In this document: positions 1 to 11,524 of the stretch, in pieces
Position numbering within the stretch: position 1 is the stretch's first letter
Layout of the letters: every line of letters begins with the position of its first letter
DNA from: Squalus acanthias
Taxonomy: Eukaryota
Reading direction: 5' to 3'
Length of the DNA stretch: 64,000 nt
Assembly: GCA_030390025.1 (NCBI GenBank)
Contig: CM059431.1
Coordinates: forward strand, 147,686,001 to 147,750,000
Notes under the pieces: model-generated
The model's database searches: none
What the model saw: the letters and a program-made list of their open reading frames with translations, nothing else
What the model was told of the DNA's origin: nothing
Translations under genes and position numbers: made by a program

Positions 1-638
1 GAGGACCACAAGGGACTGGGGGAGTGGAGTGGGTGAACAGGCATCTAGGGGGTAAGATGGGCAGGGACGGAGGGTGAAAAGAAGTAAATACTATCAAGAA
101 TAAGTAATAATATATGAACTTTACTTTTGTAAGGAAAATATCTGCCTGTCTGTGATTTGCGTGGAGTGGAATAAAATGAATGGAAAGATCCCACAGCAGC
201 TTTTGCTCTGAAAACACGCCAAGCACATTCCCCAATAAATCCCAGTCCAAAAAAAATCAAATGGATTATTCTGAAAGTAATTTTAAAAATATATATTATA
301 TATACTTTGTTTTTACAAAAATCTTGTCTTGGGTGGGTTGGGTTGGGAATTAAAGGGAGAGTAAGATCCCACAGCAGCATATGCTCTGAAACACCTCAAA
401 ATATTCCCCGATAAAGTCCAGTCCATAAAAAACAAATGGTTTGATGTATATATGTAGCATTGATTTTTTCAAGTCTTGAAAGTAAGGCAAAGTAAGATCC
501 CTCAGCAGTGCAGTCTGGAATTAAATCAGCATGATCTACTGATGTATAATTTCTGTTTCTTCCAGACATGAGATGCAGTACCAATGCACATGTCAGATAA
601 CTTGAACACAGACATGCTCTGCATGCACACCAGCCTTT

Positions 639-672
<34 letters not shown>

Positions 673-846
673 ACTCACACACACACAGGCCAGCCTGCAA
701 AATTGTCACAAAACACTGTCAGCAGTCAAAGAAAGTTGATTTCTCTCATTGCTCTGCTGTGTTTGGCAGTTGAAAAGCAAAAAAACACTTTTCAGTATCT
801 TATCTTTCATTTTGCGGCCTTAAGAAACAGACTTTCTATTCTGCAT

Positions 847-1094
847 CAAAAGCAAAATACTGCGGATGCTGGAAATCTGAAATTAAAACAGAAACTGTTG
901 GAAATACTCAGCAGGTCAGGCAGCATCTGTGGAGAGAGAGAAAAACAGAGCTAATGTTTCAGCTCGATGACCTATTGTCAGATTCTGGCAAGGTTCTGAC
1001 GAAAGGTGATCGAGCCGAAACGTTAACTCTGTTTCTAGCTCTCTCCACAGATGCTGCCTGATCTGCTGAGTATTTCCAGCATTTTCTGTTTTTA
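847..1094. mobile_element. Penelope-like pLTR-derived palindrome (~110-bp inverted arms); further copies at ~2823-3070, ~7487-7737 and ~8198-8441
   Basis: Arms ~879-982 and ~996-1098 are reverse complements. They are flanked by the direct repeat TTTCTATTCTGCAT (833-846, 1095-1108). The same sequence forms the 3' terminus of the GIY-YIG element at 25378-25481. Confidence 0.8.
992..1028 (+). ncRNA. Minimal type I hammerhead ribozyme-like motif with degenerate stem II; second copy at ~2968-3004
   Basis: GGTT-CTGACGA-aaggtgatcgagcc-GAAA-CGTT-AACT contains the CUGANGA and GAAA cores, a palindromic AACGTT stem III and a short stem I. Confidence 0.55.
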
Positions 1095-1669
1095 TTTCTA
1101 TTCTGCATTTTGTCTTGATTTCATGTGTCTCTCTCCCTGCCTGCCTGCCTGCCTTGTCTTGATTTCAGTGTTGTGGAATAAAAAGAATGCAAAGATCCCA
1201 AAGCAGCTTTAACTGTCAGACAGTCCACAAAGACATTTTTCAGTATCTCACTGACTGACTGTCTATCTTGAAGTGAGGTGAAGTGAAATAAAGTGAAATA
1301 AAGTGATACACAACAGCATTACATGTGGACCAGGCCAGAATGAAATCAATAGAGTTTAATACAACAACAACAGGTAATAAGACAGCACACCACATGTCAC
1401 ACAAACACCAGCTTGTGTCCTCTCTCTCTCTCTCTCTCACACACACACTTACAGCCTGGCCAGCCTGCAAAGGGATGACTGCTGTGTTGGAAGATTAAAA
1501 CGAAAAAGATTCTTTTCAGTATGTTACCTTTTCACTTTGTGGCCTACAGAAACAGGCTTTCTATTCTGCAACTTGCCTTTTGTTTTCATGTCTCTCTCAC
1601 TCTCACTGTCTGTCTGCCACTCACACAGTCTCCCTCCCAAATACATTGAGCTAAAATGTACAATAACAT

Positions 1670-1930
1670 GACACACACTTACACAGACTCTGCAATTTGC
1701 AGAAACACAGCCAGCCAGGCACATTCACACAGACTCTGCAATTTGTAGAAACACAGACACCCAGGCACATACAGACACACTCACATAGACTCTGCAATAT
1801 GCAGAAACACAGACACCCAGGCACATACAGACACGCTCACCTAGACTCTGCAATTTGCAGAAACACAGACACCCATGCACATACAGACACACTCACATAG
1901 ACTGTGCAATTTGTAGAAACTCACACACAC
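1670..1930. repeat. CA-rich minisatellite (~58-bp unit containing GACTCTGCAATTTGCAGAAACACAG); repeated at ~3645-3905
   Basis: About five direct copies of the core are visible. Confidence 0.85.
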
Positions 1931-2617
1931 ATATTTATTTTGAAAGGGATTTTGCAGCCTGGGAGTGTCAATTTTTGATGAAGTCCCTTCCTGTCTGTGC
2001 GTCCATGTTTGATGAGAACAATCAAACAGGAAGAAGTGAAGCCAAGACCCCAGAAATCCGAATCCCCGGGAGGAAATGAAAGCCCGGGAGGGTGAAAAGA
2101 AATAAATACAATCAGGAATAAATAATAACATATATACTTATATATGTAATAAAATGAATGGAATGATGGCACAGCAGCTTTCACTCTGAAAACACGCCAA
2201 GCACATTCCCCAATAAAGCCCAGTCCAAAAAAAATCAAATGGATTATTCTGAAAGTAATTTTAAAAATATATATTATATATACTTTGTTTTTACAAAAAT
2301 CTTGTCTTGGGTGGGTTGGGTTGGGAATTAAAGGGAGAGTAAGATCCCACAGCAGCATATGCTCTGAAACACCTCAAAATATTCCCCGATAAAGTCCAGT
2401 CCATAAAAAACAAATGGTTTGATGTATATATGTAGCATTGATTTTTTCAAGTCTTGAAAGTAAGGCAAAGTAAGATCCCTCAGCTGTGCAGTCTGGAATT
2501 AAATCAGCACGATCTACTGATGTATAATTTCTGTTTCTTCCAGACATGAGATGCAGTACCAATGCACATGTCAGATAACTTGAACACAGACATGCTCTGC
2601 ATGCACACCAGCCTTTG

Positions 2618-2648
<31 letters not shown>

Positions 2649-4570
2649 ACTCACACACACACAGGCCAGCCTGCAAAATTGTCACAAAACACTGTCAGCA
2701 GTCAAAGAAAGTTGATTTCTCTCATTGCTCTGCTGTGTTTGGCAGTTGAAAAGCAAAAAAACACTTTTCAGTATCTTATCTTTCATTTTGCGGCCTTAAG
2801 AAACAGACTTTCTATTCTGCATAAAAAGCAAAATACTGCGGATGCTGGAAATCTGAAATTAAAACAGAAACTGTTGGAAATACTCAGCAGGTCAGGCAGC
2901 ATCTGTGGAGAGAGAGAAAAACAGAGCTAATGTTTCAGCTCGATGACCTATTGTCAGATTCTGGCAAGGTTCTGACGAAAGGTGATCGAGCTGAAACGTT
3001 AACTCTGTTTCTAGCTCTCTCCACAGATGCTGCCTGATCTGCTGAGTATTTCCAGCATTTTCTGTTTTTATTTCTATGCTGCATTTTGTCTTGATTTCAT
3101 GTGTCTCTCTCCCTGCCTGCCTGCCTGCCTTGTCTTGATTTCAGTGTTGTGGAATAAAAAGAATGCAAAGATCCCAAAGCAGCTTTAACTGTCAGACAGT
3201 CCACAAAGACATTTTTCAGTATCTCACTGACTGACTGTCTATCTTGAAGTGAGGTGAAGTGAAATAAAGTGAAATAAAGTGATACACAACAGCATTACAT
3301 GTGGACCAGGCCAGAATGAAATCAATAGAGTTTAATACAACAACAACAGGTAATAAGACAGCACACCACATGTCACACAAACACCAGCTTGTGTCCTCTC
3401 TCTCTCTCTCACACACACACACTTACAGCCTGGCCAGCCTGCAAAGGGATGACTGCTGTGTTGGAAGATTAAAACGAAAAAGATTCTTTTCAGTATGTTA
3501 CCTTTTCACTTTGTGGCCTACAGAAACAGGCTTTCTATTCTGCAACTTGCCTTTTGTTTTCATGTCTCTCTCACTCTCACTGTCTGTCTGCCACTCACAC
3601 AGTCTCCCTCCCAAATACATTGAACTAAAATGTACAATAACATGACACACACTTACACAGACTCTGCAATTTGCAGAAACACAGCCAGCCAGGCACATTC
3701 ACACAGACTCTGCAATTTGTAGAAACACAGACACCCAGGCACATACAGACACACTCACATAGACTCTGCATTTTGCAGAAACACAGACACCCAGGCACAT
3801 ACAGACACGCTCACCTAGACTCTGCAATTTGCAGAAACACAGACACCCATGCACATACAGACACACTCACATAGACTGTGCAATTTGTAGAAACTCACAC
3901 ACACATATTTATTTTGAAAGGGATTTTGCAGCCTGGGAGTGTCAATTTTTGATGAAGTCCCTTCCTGTCTGTGCGTCCATGTTTGATGAGAACAATCAAA
4001 CAGGAAGAAGTGAAGCCAAGACCCCAGAAATCCGGGTCCCCGGGAGGAAATGAAAGCCCGGGAGGGTGAAAAGAAATAAATACAATCAGGAATAAATAAT
4101 AACATATATACTTATATATGTAATAAAATGAATGGAATGATGGCACAGCAGCTTTCACTCTGAAAACATCCCAAGCACATTCCCCAATAAAGCCCAGTCC
4201 AGAAAAAAATCAAATGAATTATTCTGAAAATAATTTAAAAATATAATATATACTTTTTTTTTACAAATGTCTTGTCTTGTTTGGGTTGGGCTGAAGGGGA
4301 GAATAACGTCCCACAACAGGATGTGCCATGAAACACTCCACAAACATTCCGCTATAAAGTCCAGTACAGAAAAATATCAAATGGCTTGATGTATATATGT
4401 AGCCTTGCTTTTTACAAAATTCTTGAAAGAAAGGCAAAGTAAGATCCCACAATAGTGCAGTCTGGAATTAAATCAGTATGATCTAATGGTATATGCTTTC
4501 TGTTTTTTTCAGACATGAGATGCAGTAACAATGCACATGGCAGATAACTTGAACACAGCCAAGCCCTACA

Positions 4571-7275
4571 AAACGGAAAAGGAGGTGGGGTAGCATTGCT
4601 GGTTAAAGAGGAGATTAACACAATAGTAAAGAAGGATATTAGCTCTGATGATGTGGAATCTGTAAGGGTAGATCTGAGAAATACCAAGTGGCAGATATCG
4701 TTAGTGGGAGTTGTATACAGATCCCCAAAAAGTAATGCTGAGGTTGGGGATGGCATTTAACGGGAAATTAGCGACAAGTGCAATAAGGGCACAGCAGTTA
4801 TCATGGGTGACTTTAATCTACATATAGATTGGGCTAACCAAATTAGGAACAATACTTTGGAGGAGGAATTGCTAGAGTGTATACGGGATGGTTTCCTGGA
4901 CCAACATGTCGAGGAACCAACTAGAGATCAGGCCATTTAGACTGGGTATTATGTAATGAGAAGGGATAATTAGCAATCGGGTTGTGCGAGTCCCCTTGGG
5001 GAGCAGCGATCATAATATGATAGAATTCTTCATTAAGATGGAGAGTGAAGTAGTTGACTCAGAGATCAGTGTCCTGAAATTAAATAAAGGAAACTACGAT
5101 GGTATGAGGCGTGTGTTGGCTAGGATGGATTGGGGAGCGTTACTTAAAAGGTTGATGGTGGATAGGCAATGGCAAACATATAAAGATCGCATGGATGAAA
5201 TACAGAATTTGTTCATCCCTGTTTGGCATAAACATAAAACATAAAAGATTACGCAACCGTGGCTAACAAGGGAAATTAGGGATAGCATAAGATCCAAGGA
5301 GAGGACTTATAAATTGGCCAGAAAAAACAGCAAACCTGAGAATTGGGAGCAGTTTAGGATTCAGCAAAGGAGGACAAAGGGATTCATTAAGAGGGGGAAA
5401 ATAGAATATGAGTGTAACCTTGCAGGGAACATAAAAATTGACTGTAAAAGCTTCTATAGATATGTGAAGAGAAAAAGATTGGTGAATTCAAGCGTAGGTC
5501 CCTTGCAGTCAGAATCAGGGGAATTTATAATGGGGAACAAAGAAATGTCTGACCAATTAAATACATACTTTGGTTCTGTCTTCACAAAGAAGGACACAAA
5601 TAAACTCCCAGAGATGTTGGGGAACATAGGGTCTAATGAGAGGGAGGAATTGAATGAAATAAGTATTTGTAGGGAAATGGTGTTAGGCAAATTGACGAGT
5701 TTGAAGGCCGTTAAATCCCCAGGGCCTGATAATCTACATCCTAGGGTAATTAAGGAAGTGGCCCTAGAAATAGTAGATGCATTGCTGCTCATCTTTCAAA
5801 ATTATATAAACTCTGGAACAGTTCCCATGGATTGGAGGATAGCCAATGTAACCCCACTGTTTAAAAAAGGTGGTAGAGAAAAAACAGGGAATTATAGACC
5901 GTTAAGCCTGACATCGGTAGTGGGGAAAATGCTAGAGTCCATTATAAAAGATGTAATAGCAGAGCACTTGGAAAACAGTAACAGGATCGGACAAAGTCAA
6001 CATGGATTTACAAAAGGTAAATCATGCCTGACTAATCTACTGGAATTTTTTGAGGATGTAACTGATAGAATAGATAAGGGAGAACCAGTGGAATTGGTGT
6101 ATTTGGAATTTCAGAAGGCTTTCGATAAGGTCCCGCATAAGAGAATAGCGTGCAAAGTTAAAGCACATGGGATTGGGGGTAAGGTACTGATTTGGATAGA
6201 GAACTGGTTGGCAGACAGGAAGCAAAGAGTTGGAATAAACGGGTCTTTTTCCGAGTGACAGGCAGTGACTAGTGGGATACCGCAGGAATCGGTGCAAGGA
6301 CTCCAGCTATTCACAATATATATTAATGATCTAGATGAGGGAACTAGATGTAATATATCTAACTTTGCAGGCGACACAAAGCTGGGTGGGCGTGTGTGCT
6401 GTGAGGTGGATGCAGAGAAACTCCAGTATGATTTGGACAGGTTGGGTGATTGGGCAGATGCAGTATAATGTTGATAAATGCGAGGTTATCCACTTTGGTG
6501 TCAAAAACAGGAAGACAGATTATTATCTGAACGGCAATAGATCAGGAAAAGGGGAAGTGCAACGAGACCTGGGGGTCCTTGTGCACCAGTCGCTGAAGGT
6601 AAGCATGCAGGTGCAGCAGGTGGTTAAGAAGGCAAATGGTATGTTGGCCTGCATAGTGAGAGGATTCGAGTACAGGAGCAAGGAGGTTTTGCTGCAGTTG
6701 TACAAGGCATAGGTGAGACCACACCTTGAGTAGTGTGCGCAGTTTTGGTCACCTTATCTGAGGAAGGATGTTCTCGCCATGGAAGGAGTGCAGCGATGAT
6801 TTACCAGACTGATACCTCGGACGCCAGGAATGACGTATGAAGAGAGATTCGGGTTGATTAGGCTTATATTTGCTAGTGTTTAGAAGAATGAGAGGGGATC
6901 TCATTGAAACTTATAAAATTCTAACAGTTCTAGACAGGTTATATGCAGGAAGGATGTTCCCGATGGCGGGGGAGTCCAGAACCAGAGGTCACAGTCTAAG
7001 GATAAGGGGCAAGCCATTTAGGACTGAGATGAGGAGGAATTTCTTCACCCAGAGAGTGGTGAACCTGTGGAATTCTCTACCACAGAAGGCAGTTGAGGCC
7101 AATTCATTAAATATATTCAAGAAGGAGATAGATATATTTCTTAAGGCTAAAGGGATCAAGGGATATGGGGAGAAAGCAGGGACAGGGTACTGAGTTTGGA
7201 TGATCAGCCATGATCTCATTAAATGGCGGAGCAGGCTCGAGGGGCCGAATGGCCTACGCCTGCTCCTATCTTCTA
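4571..7275 (+). mobile_element. CR1 LINE, 5'-truncated (APE endonuclease end, RT, 3' tail), disrupted ORF2
   Basis: Fragments translate to SDHNMIEF, KSPGPDNLHPRV, NYRPLSLTSVVGK and [14 protein letters not shown]. The typical tail GGCCGAATGGCCTACGCCTGCTCCTATCTTCTAT is present. There are multiple stops and frameshifts. Confidence 0.95.
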
Positions 7276-8049
7276 TACACACCAGCTTTTGCTGTCTTTC
7301 TCTCTCTCTCACACACACACACACACAGGCCAGCCCGCAAAATTGCCTCAAATCACTGTCAGCAATGAAAGAAAGTTGATTTCTATCATTGCTCTGCTCT
7401 GTTTGGCAGTTTAAAAGCAAACAGACAGTTTTCAGTATTTTATCTTTTAATTTAGCAGCCGGCAGAAACAGGCTTTCTATTCTGCATCAAAAGCAAATGC
7501 TGTGGATGTGGGAAATCTGAATAAATACTGAAAATGCTGGAAATACTCAGCAGATAAGGCAGCATCTGTGGAGAGCGAGCGAGCGTGAAACAGAGTTAAT
7601 ATTTCAACTCGATTACCTTTTGTCAGATTCTGGCAAGTTTCTGACAAAAGATTATCGAGCTGAAACATTTACTCTGTTTCTCTGTATCTCCACTGATGCT
7701 GCCTAACATACTGAGTATTTCCAGCATTTTCTGTTTTTATTTCTATTCTGCTTGTTGTCTTGATTTCATGTGTCTCTCTCACTGCCTGGCTTGTCTTGAT
7801 TTGAGTAGAGTGGAATAAAAATAATGCAAAGATCCCAGAGCAGCTTTTATTGTCAGACAGTACACAGACATTTTTCAGTATCTCATTGACTGCCTGTCTG
7901 TCTTGAAGTGAAGTGAAATGAAATAAAGTGCAATAAAGTCATACACAACAGCATTACATGTGGACTAGGCCAGAATGAAATCAACAGGGTTTAATACAAC
8001 AACAGCAGTTAATAAGACAGCAGACCACATCTCAGACAAACACCAGCTT

Positions 8050-8088
<39 letters not shown>

Positions 8089-8342
8089 GATTTCTCTCAT
8101 TGCTCTGCTGTGTTTGGCAGTTTAAAAGCAAAAAGACACTTTTCAGTATCTTATCTTTTCATTTTGCGGCCTACAGGTACAAGCTTTCTATTCTGCATCA
8201 AAAGCAAAATACTGCTGATGCTGGAATTGGGAATAAAAACAGAAAATGCTGGAAATACTCAGCAGGTCAGGCAGCATCTGTGGAGAGAGAGAGAAAAAGA
8301 GTTAACGTTTCATCTCGATTACCTTTCGTCAGATTCTGTCAA

Positions 8343-8379
8343 GGTTCTGACGAAAGGTCATCGGCCTGAAACGTTAACT
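8343..8379 (+). ncRNA. Minimal type I hammerhead ribozyme motif (best-conserved plus-strand copy)
   Basis: GGTT-CTGACGA-A-AGGTC-atc-GGCCT-GAAA-CGTT-AACT. Stem II pairs fully with one G-U wobble. The predicted cleavage triplet is GUU. Confidence 0.7.
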
Positions 8380-8569
8380 CTGTTTCTCTCTCCACAGATG
8401 CTGCCTGACCTGCTGAGTATTTCCAGCATTTTCTCTTTTCATTTCTATTCTGCATGTTGTCTTGATTTAACGTATCTCTCTCACTGCCTGCCAGCGTGTC
8501 TTGTCTTGATTTGAGTGGAGGGGTATTAGAAGAATGCACAGATCCAACAGCAGCTTTTACTCTCAGACA

Positions 8570-8690
8570 TCCTCCAGAGGGGACCGACCGAGGCCTCGTC
8601 CAGAGGGGACCGACCTAGACCTCCTTCAGAGGAGACTGACCGAGGCCTCGTCCAGAGGGGAACGACCTCGACCTCCTCCAGAGGGGGAGA
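8570..8690. repeat. Short GC-rich tandem repeat (CCTCGTCCAGAGGGGACCGACC-like)
   Basis: About five imperfect ~24-bp copies. Confidence 0.65.
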
Positions 8691-8817
8691 AGGTGGGATG
8701 TACTTTAGAGAAACCTTCATTTAATATATTAAAACAATGAAGCCAGTTATTGAAAATGTCGAGGAGACCTGGCGTGAGCTGAAGTAAGCGGTGGAGTTGT
8801 ATTAACACAACACAGGG

Positions 8818-9122
8818 ACAACAATAACTTGCATTTATATCACGGCTTTAATGTAATGAAAGGGCACAAGGCAATTAGCAGACAAAATTTGACGCAGCCA
8901 CATAAAGAGATTTTAGGAGAGATGGCCCAAAGCTCGGTGAAACTGGTAGGTTTTAAAAAGCAGTTAAAGGAGGAGGAGAGGTAGGTAGAGCTGCGAAGAG
9001 GTTTAGGAAGGGAATTGCATGGTTTAGGGCCTTGGCAGCTGAAGTCATGACACCAATGTGGAGCAACGAAAATCGAGGATGTGCAACAGGTCAGAGGAGT
9101 GGAGAGATCTCGGAGGGTTGCA
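8818..9122 (-). mobile_element. L2-type LINE 3' relic
   Basis: Begins with an AACTTGCATTTATAT-type tail and is similar to the start of the L2 at 40897-41220 (shared GATCTCGGAGGGTTG). Confidence 0.55.
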
Positions 9123-9873
9123 GGGACACTTGTTAGAGTCCGACTCCTCACTGGGAGAGACACACACTGTACACAGGGACAATTGTTACAGAGTCCGACT
9201 CCTCACTGGGAGAGACACACACTGTACACAGGGACACTTGTTACAGAGTCTGACTCCTCACTGGGAGAGACACACACTGTACACAGGGACAATTGTTACA
9301 GAGTCTGACTCCTCACTGGGAGAGACACACACTGTACACAGGGACACTTGTTACAGAGTCCGACTCCTCACTGGGAGACACACAGACTGTACACAGGGAC
9401 ACTTGTTACAGAGTCTGACTTCTCACTGAGAGACACACACACTGTACACAGGGACACTTGTTACACAGTCCGAATCCTCACTGGGAGAGACACACTGTAC
9501 ACAGGGACACTTGTTACAGAGCCTGACTTCTCACTGGGAGAGACACACACTGTACACAGGGACACTTGTTACAGAGTCTGACTCCTCACTGGGAGAGACA
9601 CACACTGTACACAGGGACACTTGTTACAGAGTCTGACTCCCCATGGGAGAGACACACACTGTACACAGGGACACTTGTTACAGAGTCTGACTCCTCAGTG
9701 GGAGATACTCACACTGTACACATGGACACTTGTTACAGAGTCTGACTCCTCACTGGGAGAGACACACACTGTACACAGAGACACTTGTTACAGAGTCTGA
9801 CTCCTCACTGCGAGAGACACACACTGTGCACAGGGACACTTGTTACAGAGTCCGACTCCTCACTGGGAGAGAC
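9121..9873. repeat. 55-bp minisatellite, ~14 copies
   Basis: Unit CAGGGACACTTGTTACAGAGTCTGACTCCTCACTGGGAGAGACACACACTGTACA; starts at 9174 and 9229 give the period. Confidence 0.95.
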
Positions 9874-10108
9874 ACCCAGGAATACTGAGTGCAATTGTCA
9901 GTGTCCCACTGCAGCCCAGACTAAGCCCCACCCTGGGCCCTTCCTATCTGTGCATTTCCCCAGTGCCCCATTGGGGAACATTCAGCCCCGGATATCCTGC
10001 AGAAGCAGCGCTGTGGGGCCGGGCGGATGAGTCTCGGGACCCTGTGGCTGGCCCTCTGACCTCCCAATGGGGAGATGACGCTCGCTCAGCTTAAATTAAT
10101 TAAGTTAC

Positions 10109-10214
10109 TTAAATTAAATCCGTTAAATTAAAAGCCACTCTCAGTCCAGGTCTTGTTCCCTGAAGAGACTTCAGCTGTCTCTCTCCGGTTGAACTGAACT
10201 GATTCCCCAACAGC
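10109..10214 (-). pseudogene. NLR terminal exon (LLGNQFSSTGERQLKSLQGTRPGLRVAFNLTDLI*)
   Basis: Acceptor tttcag at 10215-10220; in-frame TAA at 10109-10111. Confidence 0.75.
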
Positions 10215-10386
10215 CTGAAACAGATTAAAGATTAAACAGGAAATAAACAGATTGAACAACAGTGCAAATAACAGGGAGACTGGGGCTAATATTTCAATAA
10301 TAATTACAGACAAATATTACGCATAACAGTGACTGAATCCCATTGATATTTTATTTATTACATTAAACATGAACACAGACACTCAC

Positions 10387-11492
10387 CAGATCCGCTCCAG
10401 ACTCCTGCAGGTCAGTATGAGGCGGCGGAGAGCGGGGACAGATCGGTCTGTGAAGGAGTTAAATCTCAGGTCCAGAACCGTCAGTGACCGGTTTGTACTG
10501 AGAGCGGAGGCAAGATCCTCGGCACCAGAATCTGTGAGACCGACATCACGTAGACTGGGGATCAGAGAGAGTAATAACGGGAATCAGAGTAAATCCCCAG
10601 AGTTTATTAATAACACTATTACTAATACTAGTAATAATCTTCAGTGTCAAACATCCAGTTATTATAAACACAATCTCACACAGTCTGGTACTTACTCCAG
10701 TTCCTGTATTTTACAGTCTGGGTTCCTCATAGCCGCAGACAACAGTTTCACTCCTGAATCGCCCAGTTTATTATAACCCAGGTTCAGATCCGTCAGTGAC
10801 TGGTTTGTACTGAGAGCGGAGGCGAGATCCTCGGCACAAGAATCTGTGAGACCGACACCAGCCAACCTGCGGATCAGAGAGAGATAAATAAGAGGAATCA
10901 TAGTAAATCCCCAGTGTTTAATACAAACACTATTACTGATACTAATAATAATGTACAGTGTGTCGACATCCAGTTATTATAAACACAATCGCAGAGAGTC
11001 TGGTACTTACCCCAGTCTCTGTATTTTACATTCCGGGTTCCTCAGAGGGGCTGACACTAGTTTCATTCCTCAATCTCCCAGTTTATTTTTACTCAGGGTC
11101 AGATCCGTCAGTGACCGGTTTATAATGAGAGCGGAGACGAGATCCCCGGCACAAGAATCTGTGAGACCGACAGCATACAGCCTGGGATCAGAGAGAGACA
11201 GAACAGGAATCAGAGTAAATCCCCAGTGTTTATTAATGACACTATTATATACACTAATAATAATGTGCAGTGGCAGACATTCAGTTATTATAAACACAAT
11301 TTCACAGAGTCTGGTACTTACCCCAGTCTCTGTATTTTACATTCCGTGTTCCTCAGAGGGGCTGACAATAGTTTCACTCCTGAATCTCCCAGTTTATTTT
11401 TACTCAGGTCCAGATCCGTCAGTGAGCGGTTTGTACTGAGAGCGGAGGCGAGATCCTCGGCACAAGAACCTGTGAGACCGACATCATACAGC
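10387..11492 (-). pseudogene. Four tandem LRR exons (168, 171, 171, 171 bp) in a ~311-bp exon+intron repeat
   Basis: They translate as LxxVGLTDSCAEDLASALSTNRSLTDLxLxxNKLGDSGVKLLSAxLRNPxCKIQxL, all phase 2, with gtaagt/gtgagt donors. The introns are also mutually similar. Confidence 0.92.
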
Positions 11493-11524
11493 CTGAGGAT
11501 CAGAGAGAAATAACAGGAATCAGA

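Larger units (their letters stand above)
68..8570. repeat. ~1.98-kb tandem repeat: two near-identical units, a diverged third unit split by a CR1, and a partial fourth sub-unit
   Basis: The same spurious ORFs recur at offsets of 1974-1978 bp (380/2358, 954/2930, 1724/3698). The third copy stops at ~4570 and resumes at ~7276 after the CR1. A sub-unit repeats again at ~8085-8570. Confidence 0.92.

Noticed and set aside
45..4452. Repeated short ORFs in the 1.98-kb unit as a tandem gene family
   Set aside because: Low-complexity, microsatellite-derived peptides with no domain features.
9121..9873. Regular repeats as a possible CRISPR-like array (also 39562-40784)
   Set aside because: Units are head-to-tail with no unique spacers; eukaryotic context and no cas genes.
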